DNA of 64,000 nt, from the IMG/VR virus record IMGVR_UViG_3300046167_000921, positions 113,494 to 177,493 of that record. The stretch is one strand, 5' to 3'. This DNA comes from a virus. The notes below the pieces were generated by a model that was not told where the DNA came from, did no database searches, and was given only the letters and a program-made list of their open reading frames with translations. Below, piece by piece: positions 55,158-64,000 of the stretch; the stretch's first letter is position 1, and the number at the start of each line of letters is the position of its first letter. A program made the position numbers and the translations under genes.

Positions 55158-57128
55158 ATGTCTTCCAGCAAGAGTGCTTTGGAGAGAACAATCTCCACAT
55201 ACAATAAAGGGAGTCGGGTGATCCGCTCCTCTGACTACGAGTTGACCTTGATCTCTGACGAGAACCCTAGTCTTCGACTAGAGTCCAACTCGGGTATTCT
55301 TGAAGGGGGGTTTATCACACTTGAGTCGGGAAGTTCATCTGGAGCGGGCGGTGGTGGGATTTCCCTTCTTACGGGAACTACAGACCAAACGCTAACCTAT
55401 CGCTCAGGAGATTTGAGCCTAAAAACGGGAGACTCAAGTCTGTCAGGTTATGTTTGGATTCAATCGGGCGACTTTCCGAACGCCGATTATTCTGAACCCT
55501 CGTTTGGAGAGGTGCATGTAGTAAGTAAGCGAGGACTTAGTCTAAGATCAGGGGGTGATATTGTCTTGAGTCCTATGCCTTATAACACTTATTCTTCAAC
55601 ATCAGGAGGTAGTGTGACAATCGCGGGTCAGGGCGACACCCTCGGTTCAAACCCAGGCCTTGTCAGGGTACAGGGCGGAGATCAGGCGGTTAATGGAAGC
55701 AACTCAAGCAGGGCAGGTGCTGTGTATATAGATGGGGGTAAGTCTAACTCAGGCGTTGAAGGCTCTGATACTTGGGGGGGAGACATCTTCTTGACCTCAT
55801 ACGGTTATGGGAGCATCGAGAGTGACGCTAACTCGTTGTATTTTCTGGCGAGAGGTGTTTACTCGGTAAGCACGACAACAAGAGACTCAAATGACGACTC
55901 GGCTTTCATTTACCTAAGTACGGGGGATGGTGCGGATGGTACTAGTACGTCAGGGGATATTTCGATCAAGACAGGGTCTGTCACAGGCACACCGACCTCT
56001 TCAGAGACTTCTGACAGCGGTGACGTTGTAGTTCAAACAAGTGGTTCTTACGACGGGGTTGTAGGCTCAATTACGCTGACAACAGGGTCTAGTGTGGAGG
56101 GCGTGGTAGGAGACATAGAGATCACAACAGGGGACTTAACCTCCAGCACAGGTACAGCGGGGTCTGTAAACCTACAGGGTGGCACAGGTAGTAATAATGC
56201 CCCTGCTGGCTCGGTTAATATAATTGGAGGGGGTGTCACCTCTGTGGATTGGGTTGAGGAAGCGGGTTCGGCGTTTTCGGCGGGTGACGTGACTCTTTCA
56301 GGGGGTGATGTTGACTCTGTAGATGGGCTTTTGGCTTTTCCTTCAAGGAGCTTCGGGGGGTCGATCTTTCTTAAGGGGGGTGATGGCGGTGTTGCGACAA
56401 ACGGGGCTGTGTCTCGAAAGGGGAGTGTGCATGTTTCAGACGCACACACTTTTAATGTGACCACAGACGAAGGTAGTTACTTTAATGCGGGGTCTACTTT
56501 TTCGGTGGACTCTCCTCAGATCGTCCTTAAAGACATCTCTATTTCAGGTAATCAAATATCCGCTCTGAGCGGAGCTAACGTTCACTTAGATCCTGATGGG
56601 GAGGTGGAGATTAGCAGTGCCTCAGCACAAGCGGGGGCAGAGAACCTTCTCCTAGCTCTCGGTTCGGATTCTATCTTAAAGACACTAGGTATCAGTCTAC
56701 TAGGCACGGGAACTGTTTCGTTCACGATCCCTTCTGACTACCACGTTCATTATATACCTCTATTCTTCTTTTCCTCAATCACTTACAATGACTCCTTAAA
56801 TGACATACCGATAGGTGCTAGCACTAACGAACAAGACCTCCTTTATGCCACAGTGACTGAGACTTACACGGGGGTGTCGCCTCTTTCCTCAGGCGTTCTG
56901 AGCTACCCTAACCTCAAAGTCTTAGCGACAGTTAACTCGGACTCAAACCTTCTTGAGGTAGAGTCTTGCTCTCAATTGGTCACAACACCTCTTCAGTTTT
57001 CTCCTAATATCTACTACCTAGAACTTAGGTATGTAAAAGCGGGGGCACATTCGGCTACAGATGGCCTTTCGAACAAGAGCGTAGGCACCGATATCAATGT
57101 TAAAATACACTACCTTGTTTTTGCTTAG
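55158..57128 (+). CDS. Gly/Ser/Thr-rich fibre/spike-like structural protein
   Basis: Repeated GGDIVL / GSVTI / GDISIKTG / GSVNLQGG units typical of beta-rich phage fibre proteins. AGGAG SD. Confidence 0.65.
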   Translation: MSSSKSALERTISTYNKGSRVIRSSDYELTLISDENPSLRLESNSGILEGGFITLESGSSSGAGGGGISLLTGTTDQTLTYRSGDLSLKTGDSSLSGYVWIQSGDFPNADYSEPSFGEVHVVSKRGLSLRSGGDIVLSPMPYNTYSSTSGGSVTIAGQGDTLGSNPGLVRVQGGDQAVNGSNSSRAGAVYIDGGKSNSGVEGSDTWGGDIFLTSYGYGSIESDANSLYFLARGVYSVSTTTRDSNDDSAFIYLSTGDGADGTSTSGDISIKTGSVTGTPTSSETSDSGDVVVQTSGSYDGVVGSITLTTGSSVEGVVGDIEITTGDLTSSTGTAGSVNLQGGTGSNNAPAGSVNIIGGGVTSVDWVEEAGSAFSAGDVTLSGGDVDSVDGLLAFPSRSFGGSIFLKGGDGGVATNGAVSRKGSVHVSDAHTFNVTTDEGSYFNAGSTFSVDSPQIVLKDISISGNQISALSGANVHLDPDGEVEISSASAQAGAENLLLALGSDSILKTLGISLLGTGTVSFTIPSDYHVHYIPLFFFSSITYNDSLNDIPIGASTNEQDLLYATVTETYTGVSPLSSGVLSYPNLKVLATVNSDSNLLEVESCSQLVTTPLQFSPNIYYLELRYVKAGAHSATDGLSNKSVGTDINVKIHYLVFA

Positions 57129-57163
57129 TCTGTTTATAGGCCCCCTATAGGAAAAAAAGGAGA

Positions 57164-58462
57164 TTGGCCATGATTCATCATGAAGTCAGACGTGTGGGTA
57201 AACATTCTTTCTTAGACCTCTATGCCTCCAGCACTGTACTAGGTTTCATAAACAGGCTTGCTGAAAAGTGTGGTGTTTACGGTGGGGAGTTTATCATTGA
57301 CCGAAAAGGCTTGACCGTAGGTAGAACCTATTTCAAGTTCAAAAGTACTAGGTACGGAGGCCTCCTTAACGTAGCCCCTATGGGGTTCTTGAAGTTGGTC
57401 GAGGGCAAGAGATTCAACACTCGCTTAGCGGGCTTCCAGAGTCAATTCCCTAGCCTCCGCTATGAAGGCATACTTTCAAAGTATACTAAGGTAGACTTTA
57501 AAGTAAGGTCTCAGGGCGACGCGGAATATCTCGACATCTATGCTCATCCTCAAGTCATTGCCTATGTTGATAACGTAGCCAAATCTGACGACGTGAGCCA
57601 AGGTGATTATTTAAAGGATTCTCAAGGTTCTATAACAGGGAGATCTTACTACACGCTATCAAGACACAAGTGTGTTAAGTGGAGCAATCCCTTTGACGAC
57701 AATGATGAGAATGAGACTTGGGATCGCGGCGAATGTCTCGAATATGAGACCCGAGTGTATGCCCCTAAAAAATTCGCACGCAAGATGAAGTCTGTATTAG
57801 TCCCTGCTAACATTATGAAGCTACCTAAGATCAAGGGAGAGATTAAAGAACTCAAGAAGGTCAAAGACTCTGAAGGCAAGAGGTCTAACTCAATCCTTAT
57901 ATGTGTTCAGGACTTAGATGCTTTGGTCGAGAGGAATAATGACATCAACCCTCAATCTCTAAGGCCCAAAGACTACAATATTGCTTGGGTGTCTGTCGGC
58001 AGGCTTCTTGGAGCGGCTCACAGGCTGAAGGAGGACTTACTCGCAGAGGTAAAGAGACCTCTTCCTCCTTTTGCTCTTGAGGGGACAAAACTCTATGAGA
58101 GTTTTAAGGGTATTCCTTGGCTCGGCAAAAAACTTAAGATGCTCAAGGGTGTGAACCTTTTCCCCACTCTAGCTTTCGAGCTAGACAGTGTCATAAGGTC
58201 TTTGGAGAAGAAGAGGAACTTTCTTACCTCTATGTTGTATTTGACAGAGGCAGATAAAGCCCTCTTCGATGTTGTGCGAGACAAGAGACTGAGTAAGGAA
58301 GACCGAGACAGAAAGGTAGTTAAAATCCAAAACGACCTAAAGAAGAACTTGAAGCACTTTTTCCAGAGAGACCCGAAAAAAAGCTTCGGTCTTACTATGA
58401 GCAGGGTTCTCTTTCAGAAGTACGACATACTCAGAGAAAAGTATTTTACAGAGGGTCGCTAA
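57164..58462 (+). CDS. Basic hypothetical protein (432 aa)
   Basis: Long ORF with AAGGAG SD. No motif recognised. Confidence 0.7.
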   Translation: MAMIHHEVRRVGKHSFLDLYASSTVLGFINRLAEKCGVYGGEFIIDRKGLTVGRTYFKFKSTRYGGLLNVAPMGFLKLVEGKRFNTRLAGFQSQFPSLRYEGILSKYTKVDFKVRSQGDAEYLDIYAHPQVIAYVDNVAKSDDVSQGDYLKDSQGSITGRSYYTLSRHKCVKWSNPFDDNDENETWDRGECLEYETRVYAPKKFARKMKSVLVPANIMKLPKIKGEIKELKKVKDSEGKRSNSILICVQDLDALVERNNDINPQSLRPKDYNIAWVSVGRLLGAAHRLKEDLLAEVKRPLPPFALEGTKLYESFKGIPWLGKKLKMLKGVNLFPTLAFELDSVIRSLEKKRNFLTSMLYLTEADKALFDVVRDKRLSKEDRDRKVVKIQNDLKKNLKHFFQRDPKKSFGLTMSRVLFQKYDILREKYFTEGR

Positions 58463-58504
58463 TTAGGAGAGAAATTGGAGCGTAAGCTTGAATGTTGGGT
58501 TTCT

Positions 58505-58801
58505 TTAGTGTTTGACCCACCACTCATCAAAAGCCCCCCACTCGATCTCTTCGTAATATTTGTTGGGGATACTGCCTACACAGTCATATGTGAACCACTC
58601 CCCGTTTTGTCTGACTCTGAATTGCCTGAGTCTTTCGTGGAGACCTCTCTCTTCTGACCCCTTATCTTTGAACACGGCGACCAACTTCAGCTTGTTCGGA
58701 CTGCCTGTCTGGAGCTGTTTTAGTCTCTTTTCAGGGTTCTTCGATCTTCCGATCTTGATCATTCCCGTATTCGCAGACTGAATGAAGTAGAGGTCACTCA
58801 T
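58505..58801 (-). CDS. GIY-YIG superfamily nuclease (T5orf172/MUG113-like)
   Basis: LYFIQ...IKIGRSKNPEKRLKQLQTGSP...ERGLHERL...GEWF. Confidence 0.85.
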   Translation of the reverse strand: MSDLYFIQSANTGMIKIGRSKNPEKRLKQLQTGSPNKLKLVAVFKDKGSEERGLHERLRQFRVRQNGEWFTYDCVGSIPNKYYEEIEWGAFDEWWVKH

Positions 58802-60315
58802 TGTAACTCCCCATCTAAAATCTTATCTAGGGCATCTCCTTTCGGGGCTTGTTTTGGCCTAGCGGAAGATTGAAACTGCAACGGCATATCTAAAGTTCTT
58901 CCCGCAGGCCAATTGATCTGAGCTTCAAAGTTCTCGAAAGGAGCTTGATCTCTAGACTTCAGGCATTGGTAGAGAACCTGAGACTTCTCCCTCTGGTCAT
59001 CACCGAACCAAGAGCAGATAACTACGTCCGCAGACCTCTCCGCCTCATTTGCATAAGACAAGTGAGTTAGATTGTACTTCCCACCATTCTTTTCCGCCGC
59101 CTTAAATCCTTCACGACTGATTTGGAATAGGCAAAGAACGGGTATGCCTTCTCCTCGGTTGAAACCTAGAGACATCTTTTTTAAGTCTCGTATCACCTCA
59201 TTCAGACGCTCTGTAGTAGAAGCAACCCACCTTCTTGAGGAGACGAGTAGGGCATGGTCTACCACAAGCATTTTGAAAGGTTCTGATTGTGCTATGGCCT
59301 CTGCTCTAGTTCTGATGTCTTCGACAGTGGTGTCCATTACATTAGGGTCAGCTACTTCAAACCGAAGTGACCCGTACTTTCCTTCTTTTACGCCATCGTG
59401 AAGGTCTTTGGTGACTTCTTTGAGGAACTCAACCTCATCTTCAGAAAGTGTCCCTTCCCTGATCTTTTTTGGGTCTATACAGGCATCTGTCTGACCTGCT
59501 TGGAGTCCTAATGCTATCCTCTTTGCTCTAAACTTAGGGTGCATAGAGTGATACACATAGATCATTCTCCGACATTGGGGGTAGTGCATCTCTAGGGAGA
59601 AGTAGAGCGTACTTGTCCCTCCATATATTGCTTGGTTGTATGCCCAATTAAGTGAGGTCGTAGACTTAAGGTGTCCTGTGTAAGCCGCGAGGATGTAGAG
59701 TTCTTTCTTTTTGAATCCTCCGAGAGCGTTGTCGATCACCGAGTGTCCTGTGATAGGTCTAACATCTAGCTCTCGGTGTTTAGCTTTCTCGAATTCCTCC
59801 CAGAAGTCCTCTTCGTCCACCATCGCGTCCCCTCCGATTCTTGAACCGAAGGTCGGGGTATTGATCTTTGAGATCTGAGTAAGGAGGTGATTGCTCGCAT
59901 CTCTGGCACCCTTAAGGAGCTTCTTTATTCTCCCGTCTTTGACTTCAAGGCCAGACCTTGCGATGGTCTTAGCATCCGAGAGAGCTGAAGCAAGAGACAT
60001 AACCCGTGCCTCTTCTACGGTCTTCTCGATGAGTGAGATGAAGTCGCCTCTGTAAGACACACTCTTAGTGCTGATTTGTTGAATGCGATCAGCCTCATCA
60101 AAGTTTTGACCTTGCTCGAAATGGTCGTGGATGCTCTTCAGATTTGGGAGGTGTCCGTGTCTCTGGGTGAACTCGCGGATATACTCATAGATGTTTACCT
60201 CTGAAGGTATATCAAACTTGAAGATTGACTCTCTCAGAGCGAGGTAGTTCTGATACATCAAGTTAGTGTCGTCTCCGCTTGATGTAGATGGGATAATGCT
60301 TCTCAGTAGACTCAT
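58798..60315 (-). CDS. dnaB: DnaB-like replicative helicase
   Basis: ITGHSVIDNALGGFKKKELYILAAYTGHLKST, FSLEM, LVVDH, QISREG, AERSADVVI, LKSRD. Confidence 0.85.
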   Translation of the reverse strand: MSLLRSIIPSTSSGDDTNLMYQNYLALRESIFKFDIPSEVNIYEYIREFTQRHGHLPNLKSIHDHFEQGQNFDEADRIQQISTKSVSYRGDFISLIEKTVEEARVMSLASALSDAKTIARSGLEVKDGRIKKLLKGARDASNHLLTQISKINTPTFGSRIGGDAMVDEEDFWEEFEKAKHRELDVRPITGHSVIDNALGGFKKKELYILAAYTGHLKSTTSLNWAYNQAIYGGTSTLYFSLEMHYPQCRRMIYVYHSMHPKFRAKRIALGLQAGQTDACIDPKKIREGTLSEDEVEFLKEVTKDLHDGVKEGKYGSLRFEVADPNVMDTTVEDIRTRAEAIAQSEPFKMLVVDHALLVSSRRWVASTTERLNEVIRDLKKMSLGFNRGEGIPVLCLFQISREGFKAAEKNGGKYNLTHLSYANEAERSADVVICSWFGDDQREKSQVLYQCLKSRDQAPFENFEAQINWPAGRTLDMPLQFQSSARPKQAPKGDALDKILDGELQ

Positions 60316-61010
60316 AATTTAATCCTCTTGTGTGATCCGATATTCGAGGTCACTTTTCCTGTTTCTGTGGCATTGCTTCTCCTCATGACTTTGGTCTCAA
60401 TCCTGACTCTAGACCATCCTTGAATCATTTCCTGAAGGGTAGAACTCCAGCTTAAGTGACCCTCCTCAAGGGGCTTGGTCGGCTCTTCTACGAGCCATGT
60501 TGCCCTGTTGAGGTGTTCTCTCATCTCAATCGTCTCGACAAGCACCTCTGGCATCGCGGAGTTGCGAGCCATCTTAGTGCCGAGTCTCACAATAAGTAAA
60601 TGGGGAGACTCAGCAAGATCCTCTAAGCTATATACTTTAAGGTGTCTTTGGAAGTCAGGGTCTGCCACCGCAAGGCCTTGAGCATGAAGACCGCCCAACC
60701 ATGCACTCATGAGCGTGTGGTCTCCTACCACTTTCATAAAGAGGCTTGGGTTTTTGGTGTTAGCGAAGGCTGTTCTCAAGTGTACCCTTAACATATCTCG
60801 GTCTGAGGAGATGAGGAGATTCTGTCTGTCCTTTCCGTCTAGGAGAGAAGACTCCTTCACAGGAACAAGCCCTAAGTTTGACCAAGCCTTCTCCGCCTGC
60901 ACTTTCAATGCTTTGTTCAGAACACACTCGCATTGGATTGCTCTCGGCATACCATTAAAGCCGTCGTCTACTTGTATATATCCGAACCCATTACATTTCT
61001 CACATATCAT
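60312..61010 (-). CDS. Zn-finger + degenerate DnaC/DnaI-like helicase-loader protein
   Basis: CEKCNGFG...CEC, HLLIVRLG in a Walker-B-like position. Directly upstream of dnaB. Start MICEKC at 61010. Confidence 0.55.
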   Translation of the reverse strand: MICEKCNGFGYIQVDDGFNGMPRAIQCECVLNKALKVQAEKAWSNLGLVPVKESSLLDGKDRQNLLISSDRDMLRVHLRTAFANTKNPSLFMKVVGDHTLMSAWLGGLHAQGLAVADPDFQRHLKVYSLEDLAESPHLLIVRLGTKMARNSAMPEVLVETIEMREHLNRATWLVEEPTKPLEEGHLSWSSTLQEMIQGWSRVRIETKVMRRSNATETGKVTSNIGSHKRIKL

Positions 61011-61182
61011 TAATTTTTCTCCTGTCTTGTATTCCTCTATATTATAATAAAGGGACGCGAGACAGAGGGAATAAAATGACATATGCGAAACTTAGAGAGT
61101 GCGGGCTTTGCTTAGGTGTGCCTCCCTTCAACTGTAAACTATATATTTAACGAGTTAAGAAAACACTACAAAGGGATAACTA

Positions 61183-63252
61183 ATGTATCACTCAGCAAAA
61201 GTACTAGGGCAGATCTTTGCCAATCCACCATACTATATCCTCAGATGCCTTGTCGCATCTGAGGTAGGTTCAGAAACAATCGTGGTCAAAGGTAATGTGC
61301 CTGGGCCTGTTGACCGAGGCTCCGTATTCACCTTTCAAGGTAAAAGGAAGCAGGACAAGAATGGCAAGATGATCTTTAATGTGGTTAAGAGTCCTGTGAA
61401 CCCAAAATGGCTGAAAGGTACAGCTCTGACAAGTTGGTCTGAGTGGACATCTGCATCTATGACTGAATCGGTCGCTTTGCTTGGTGACCTAATGGACTCA
61501 GGTGTATCTGTCCACGTACTGAATGAACTCTGGAAAGAGATCTCCCAGAACCCGAAGTTCTTACGGGAGAATCCTTGGATCTTAGTGGAGTCAGGCGTTT
61601 CTTTTAAGGATGTGGATGCTATAGCAAGATCTATCTTAGTCTCTGACTTCGACAGGAAGAACCCGCACAGAGTGGAGGCTTGTGTTTATTGGTCGCTATC
61701 TCAAGGTTTCTTGAATGGCCACTGCTTCCTTAATGCAGACACCGTTTTCCGAGATGTCTCTCTCTTGACAGGCATTACCGATCCTTCTGAGATCAAGTCG
61801 GCAATCTCGAATATGATGTTAGCGAAGAGACCTAGACTAGTTATCGAGAAGATAAGAGGATCTAACGCGGTCTACTTGCCTCCTTATCATAGCATGGAGT
61901 CTGGGGTGGCCGAGAGGTTGAAAGAGAAGCTCTCTAGGGATTTGGCGGGGGATGTCTCAGAAGAGACCATTCGATCATACACAAGGTACGAGCTTACAGA
62001 CACCCAGATAAAGGCCATTCAACAAGGCATACGAGAGCCACTCTCAATCGTTACAGGGTTGCCAGGTACAGGTAAGACTACGATCCTGTCTACATTATGT
62101 AAGATCCTTCAAGATGAAGGGGAGGACATCTTGCTGATTGCCCCAACAGGAATAGCGGCGAAGAGAGCCAACTCGCTCACAGGTGTAAAATCCTATACGA
62201 TCCACAGAGCGTTCGGTGCGGGTCAGCCGAGTGCGAAAGAAAAAGAACAGAAGTCCAGCTACGAGGGAGTTCAGCAAGAGGAGGAGAAGCGAGAGAAGAA
62301 GCTGAGTGATCCACGCCTAACTACTTGGAGTTACAATGCTAACAACCCTCGAACAGAATCCGTTGTTATTGTAGACGAGAGCTCAATGGTAGACCTTCAC
62401 CTGATGTGGCGAATAATGAATGGTATTTCAGAGTACTGTAGGGTCATTTTAGTGGGGGATATTGCTCAGCTCCCCCCTGTAGGGGCAGGTTTTATATTAT
62501 TTGAGCTTATTAATAGTGGCGTTCCTCGCACGCACCTCACAGAGGTTTTCAGGCAAGGAGAGGGTTCGGGTGTTACAAAGGCGGCTCACGAAGTGCATCG
62601 CGGTATTGTCCCAGAGTCGAACACTGAATTTGAGGTAGTCTCTCTTGACCAAGAAGTTGATGTGCTCTCTACTCTGGTAGAGAAGTGTAAGAGTCTACAG
62701 ATGGATGGGGTGGAATTCCATGTGATGAGTCCGACACATCATGGGACTCTTGGGGTGACTAACCTTAATAGGGAACTCCGCTCCGCCCTTAACCCCGACA
62801 TCGGAGGGGTGTGTGTTAAGATAGGGAAGAACACTCTCAGAGAGGGAGATCGGGTAATGATCACTAAGAATGACTACGACCTTGAAGTCTTCAATGGAGA
62901 TGTTGGCACGATCTCTCGCATTAGCAAGCATCATGTGGAAGTCTCTATAAAGGGCGTTCGGGACTCTCTCATCTCTATACCTAGAGACAGGATAAGTAAG
63001 CTCTTGAGGCTGGCATACGCTACCACTGTGCATAAGAGTCAAGGGCTGGAGTACGAAGTTATCTTCATGCCTTTGTCCTCCAGCCACAGCCCTAACCTTC
63101 TGAAGAGATCCCTGTTGTATACCGCGATCACAAGAGCCAAAGAGAAGGTTTACCTAATAGGTGAACCAGAGGCTCTTGAGGTCTTCGTACACAATAACAA
63201 ACAGCATGAAGGATACTGTGGGTTATCTGATAGAGTCAGCCCTAAAATTTAG
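61183..63252 (+). CDS. recD2: RecD2 (RecD/TraA family) SF1B helicase
   Basis: TGLPGTGKTT, APTGIAAKR, TIHR, IVDESSMVD, VGDIAQLPPVGAG, LTEVFRQ, NGDVG, LAYATTVHKSQGLE, LYTAITRAK. Confidence 0.93.
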   Translation: MYHSAKVLGQIFANPPYYILRCLVASEVGSETIVVKGNVPGPVDRGSVFTFQGKRKQDKNGKMIFNVVKSPVNPKWLKGTALTSWSEWTSASMTESVALLGDLMDSGVSVHVLNELWKEISQNPKFLRENPWILVESGVSFKDVDAIARSILVSDFDRKNPHRVEACVYWSLSQGFLNGHCFLNADTVFRDVSLLTGITDPSEIKSAISNMMLAKRPRLVIEKIRGSNAVYLPPYHSMESGVAERLKEKLSRDLAGDVSEETIRSYTRYELTDTQIKAIQQGIREPLSIVTGLPGTGKTTILSTLCKILQDEGEDILLIAPTGIAAKRANSLTGVKSYTIHRAFGAGQPSAKEKEQKSSYEGVQQEEEKREKKLSDPRLTTWSYNANNPRTESVVIVDESSMVDLHLMWRIMNGISEYCRVILVGDIAQLPPVGAGFILFELINSGVPRTHLTEVFRQGEGSGVTKAAHEVHRGIVPESNTEFEVVSLDQEVDVLSTLVEKCKSLQMDGVEFHVMSPTHHGTLGVTNLNRELRSALNPDIGGVCVKIGKNTLREGDRVMITKNDYDLEVFNGDVGTISRISKHHVEVSIKGVRDSLISIPRDRISKLLRLAYATTVHKSQGLEYEVIFMPLSSSHSPNLLKRSLLYTAITRAKEKVYLIGEPEALEVFVHNNKQHEGYCGLSDRVSPKI

Positions 63253-63825
63253 CAGATCCTCTATATCGAAGTCATGTTTAAGCAGATCGAACCTGTAGAA
63301 CGCTCTCTTATGTCGAATCGCACTTGATCTGACTAAAAAGGGCGTGAAGTTCTTGGGGTTATTAACTACGGAATAGCCCCCCAAGCCAGCCACATAATAT
63401 TCACTCTTACTGACCTTGACCACAAAGATCTGAGGTTGGTTTAGGTGACTCGGTGATGGGGGCTTCATCAGAGGGAAGTCTTTTACGTTACAAGTTTTAA
63501 CTCCGACAGAGTATCCTGCTCTCAATAGATCTGGTTGGTTGTAGTCATATGACTCGCCTATTGTCAGATCCATGAACTTTAACCCCAAGTGTTTCTCTAC
63601 TACTCTCTCACCGCACCATCCTGTCACCCATCTTTTTAGCAAAGATGTTGTGTCCCCAATGTTTTGAGATTCGCCTCCTTTCTTCAGTACGATGCTCTTC
63701 GCCCTTTCCTTAATGGCCTCTAGGTCATTGTTGTCTAAAAGTATTTTCGCGAATTGCTCTTCGTAAGGTTGGACGTAGTAGTTGTAAGATGCCTCACACC
63801 CCTGCCCTATGAGTTCCATTTCCAT
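63223..63825 (-). CDS. Hypothetical protein, possibly restriction-endonuclease-like fold
   Basis: GWCGERVV...PDL...VGVKTC could be a PD-(D/E)xK-type arrangement. Uncertain. Confidence 0.55.
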   Translation of the reverse strand: MEMELIGQGCEASYNYYVQPYEEQFAKILLDNNDLEAIKERAKSIVLKKGGESQNIGDTTSLLKRWVTGWCGERVVEKHLGLKFMDLTIGESYDYNQPDLLRAGYSVGVKTCNVKDFPLMKPPSPSHLNQPQIFVVKVSKSEYYVAGLGGYSVVNNPKNFTPFLVRSSAIRHKRAFYRFDLLKHDFDIEDLLNFRADSIR

Positions 63826-63868
63826 CTTGTATCCCTTTTATAGGCTCATCGTATATTGAGGAGCTTAT

Positions 63869-64000
63869 ATGATATTTAGACGAGATGGAATAATATTCCT
63901 GCACCTTGAAGACCCTGTGTGGGGCGAGGTCAAGATAGGCAAGATTCTTCCAAGCTCTACGAGTTGGGGAGTCTTCGAGTCTGTTTCTTTGAGAGAGGAA
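63869..64000 (+). CDS. Partial ORF running off the right edge
   Basis: GAGGAG SD, then MIFRRDGIIFLHLEDPVWGEVKIGK..., open to the window end. Confidence 0.6.
   Translation, partial: MIFRRDGIIFLHLEDPVWGEVKIGKILPSSTSWGVFESVSLREE

Noticed and set aside
1-64000. Stop-codon reassignment (TAG or TGA)
   Set aside because: Conserved genes are full length in the standard code and end in TAG, TGA and TAA (for example TAG at 9243-9245 directly followed by ATG; pyrF-pyrE ends in TAG). No convincing suppressor tRNA.
1-64000. Eukaryotic giant virus or cellular chromosome origin
   Set aside because: SD-led coupled operons, sigma factor, DnaB/DnaG/clamp, amidase and tail-fibre genes point to a bacteriophage. 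No rRNA or housekeeping operons.

Overview
This is a 64-kb internal segment of a large (jumbo-type) dsDNA bacteriophage genome. The evidence is Shine-Dalgarno-led, tightly coupled genes, a sigma-like factor, DnaB/primase/RecD2, a beta-clamp-like protein, an amidase and transglycosylases, tRNAs and tail-fibre genes. Left to right: (i) hypothetical, probably structural genes, including a 688+ aa ORF running off the left edge that the ORF track misses; (ii) PIN-PhoH and a repair block (Cas4/RecB-type nuclease, clamp, C-terminal half of a Rad50/SbcC ATPase); (iii) two giant repetitive acidic fibre/adhesin genes (2528 and 2636 aa); (iv) a nucleotide-metabolism island (cytosine-deaminase-like, purA, a hidden guaC 3' remnant, pyrD, fused pyrF-pyrE); (v) kinase, endolysin, degenerate chaperonin, phosphoesterase, dCMP deaminase and a DNA methyltransferase split into three reordered ORFs; (vi) five canonical tRNAs, a 153-nt tRNA-framed RNA with extra hairpins, and tRNA remnants; (vii) small accessory genes, tdk, sigma factor, primase, DnaB, a DnaC-like protein and RecD2. 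The best candidate for an undescribed system is a dispersed family of six antisense-inserted genes (three pentapeptide-repeat, two membrane-helix, one small basic). They share basic N-/C-terminal tags rich in [K/R]-x-A and mostly a common upstream motif, and may be capsid-targeted, protease-matured cargo such as DNA mimics; that role is inference. All family assignments come from motif recognition by eye; no database searches were run.
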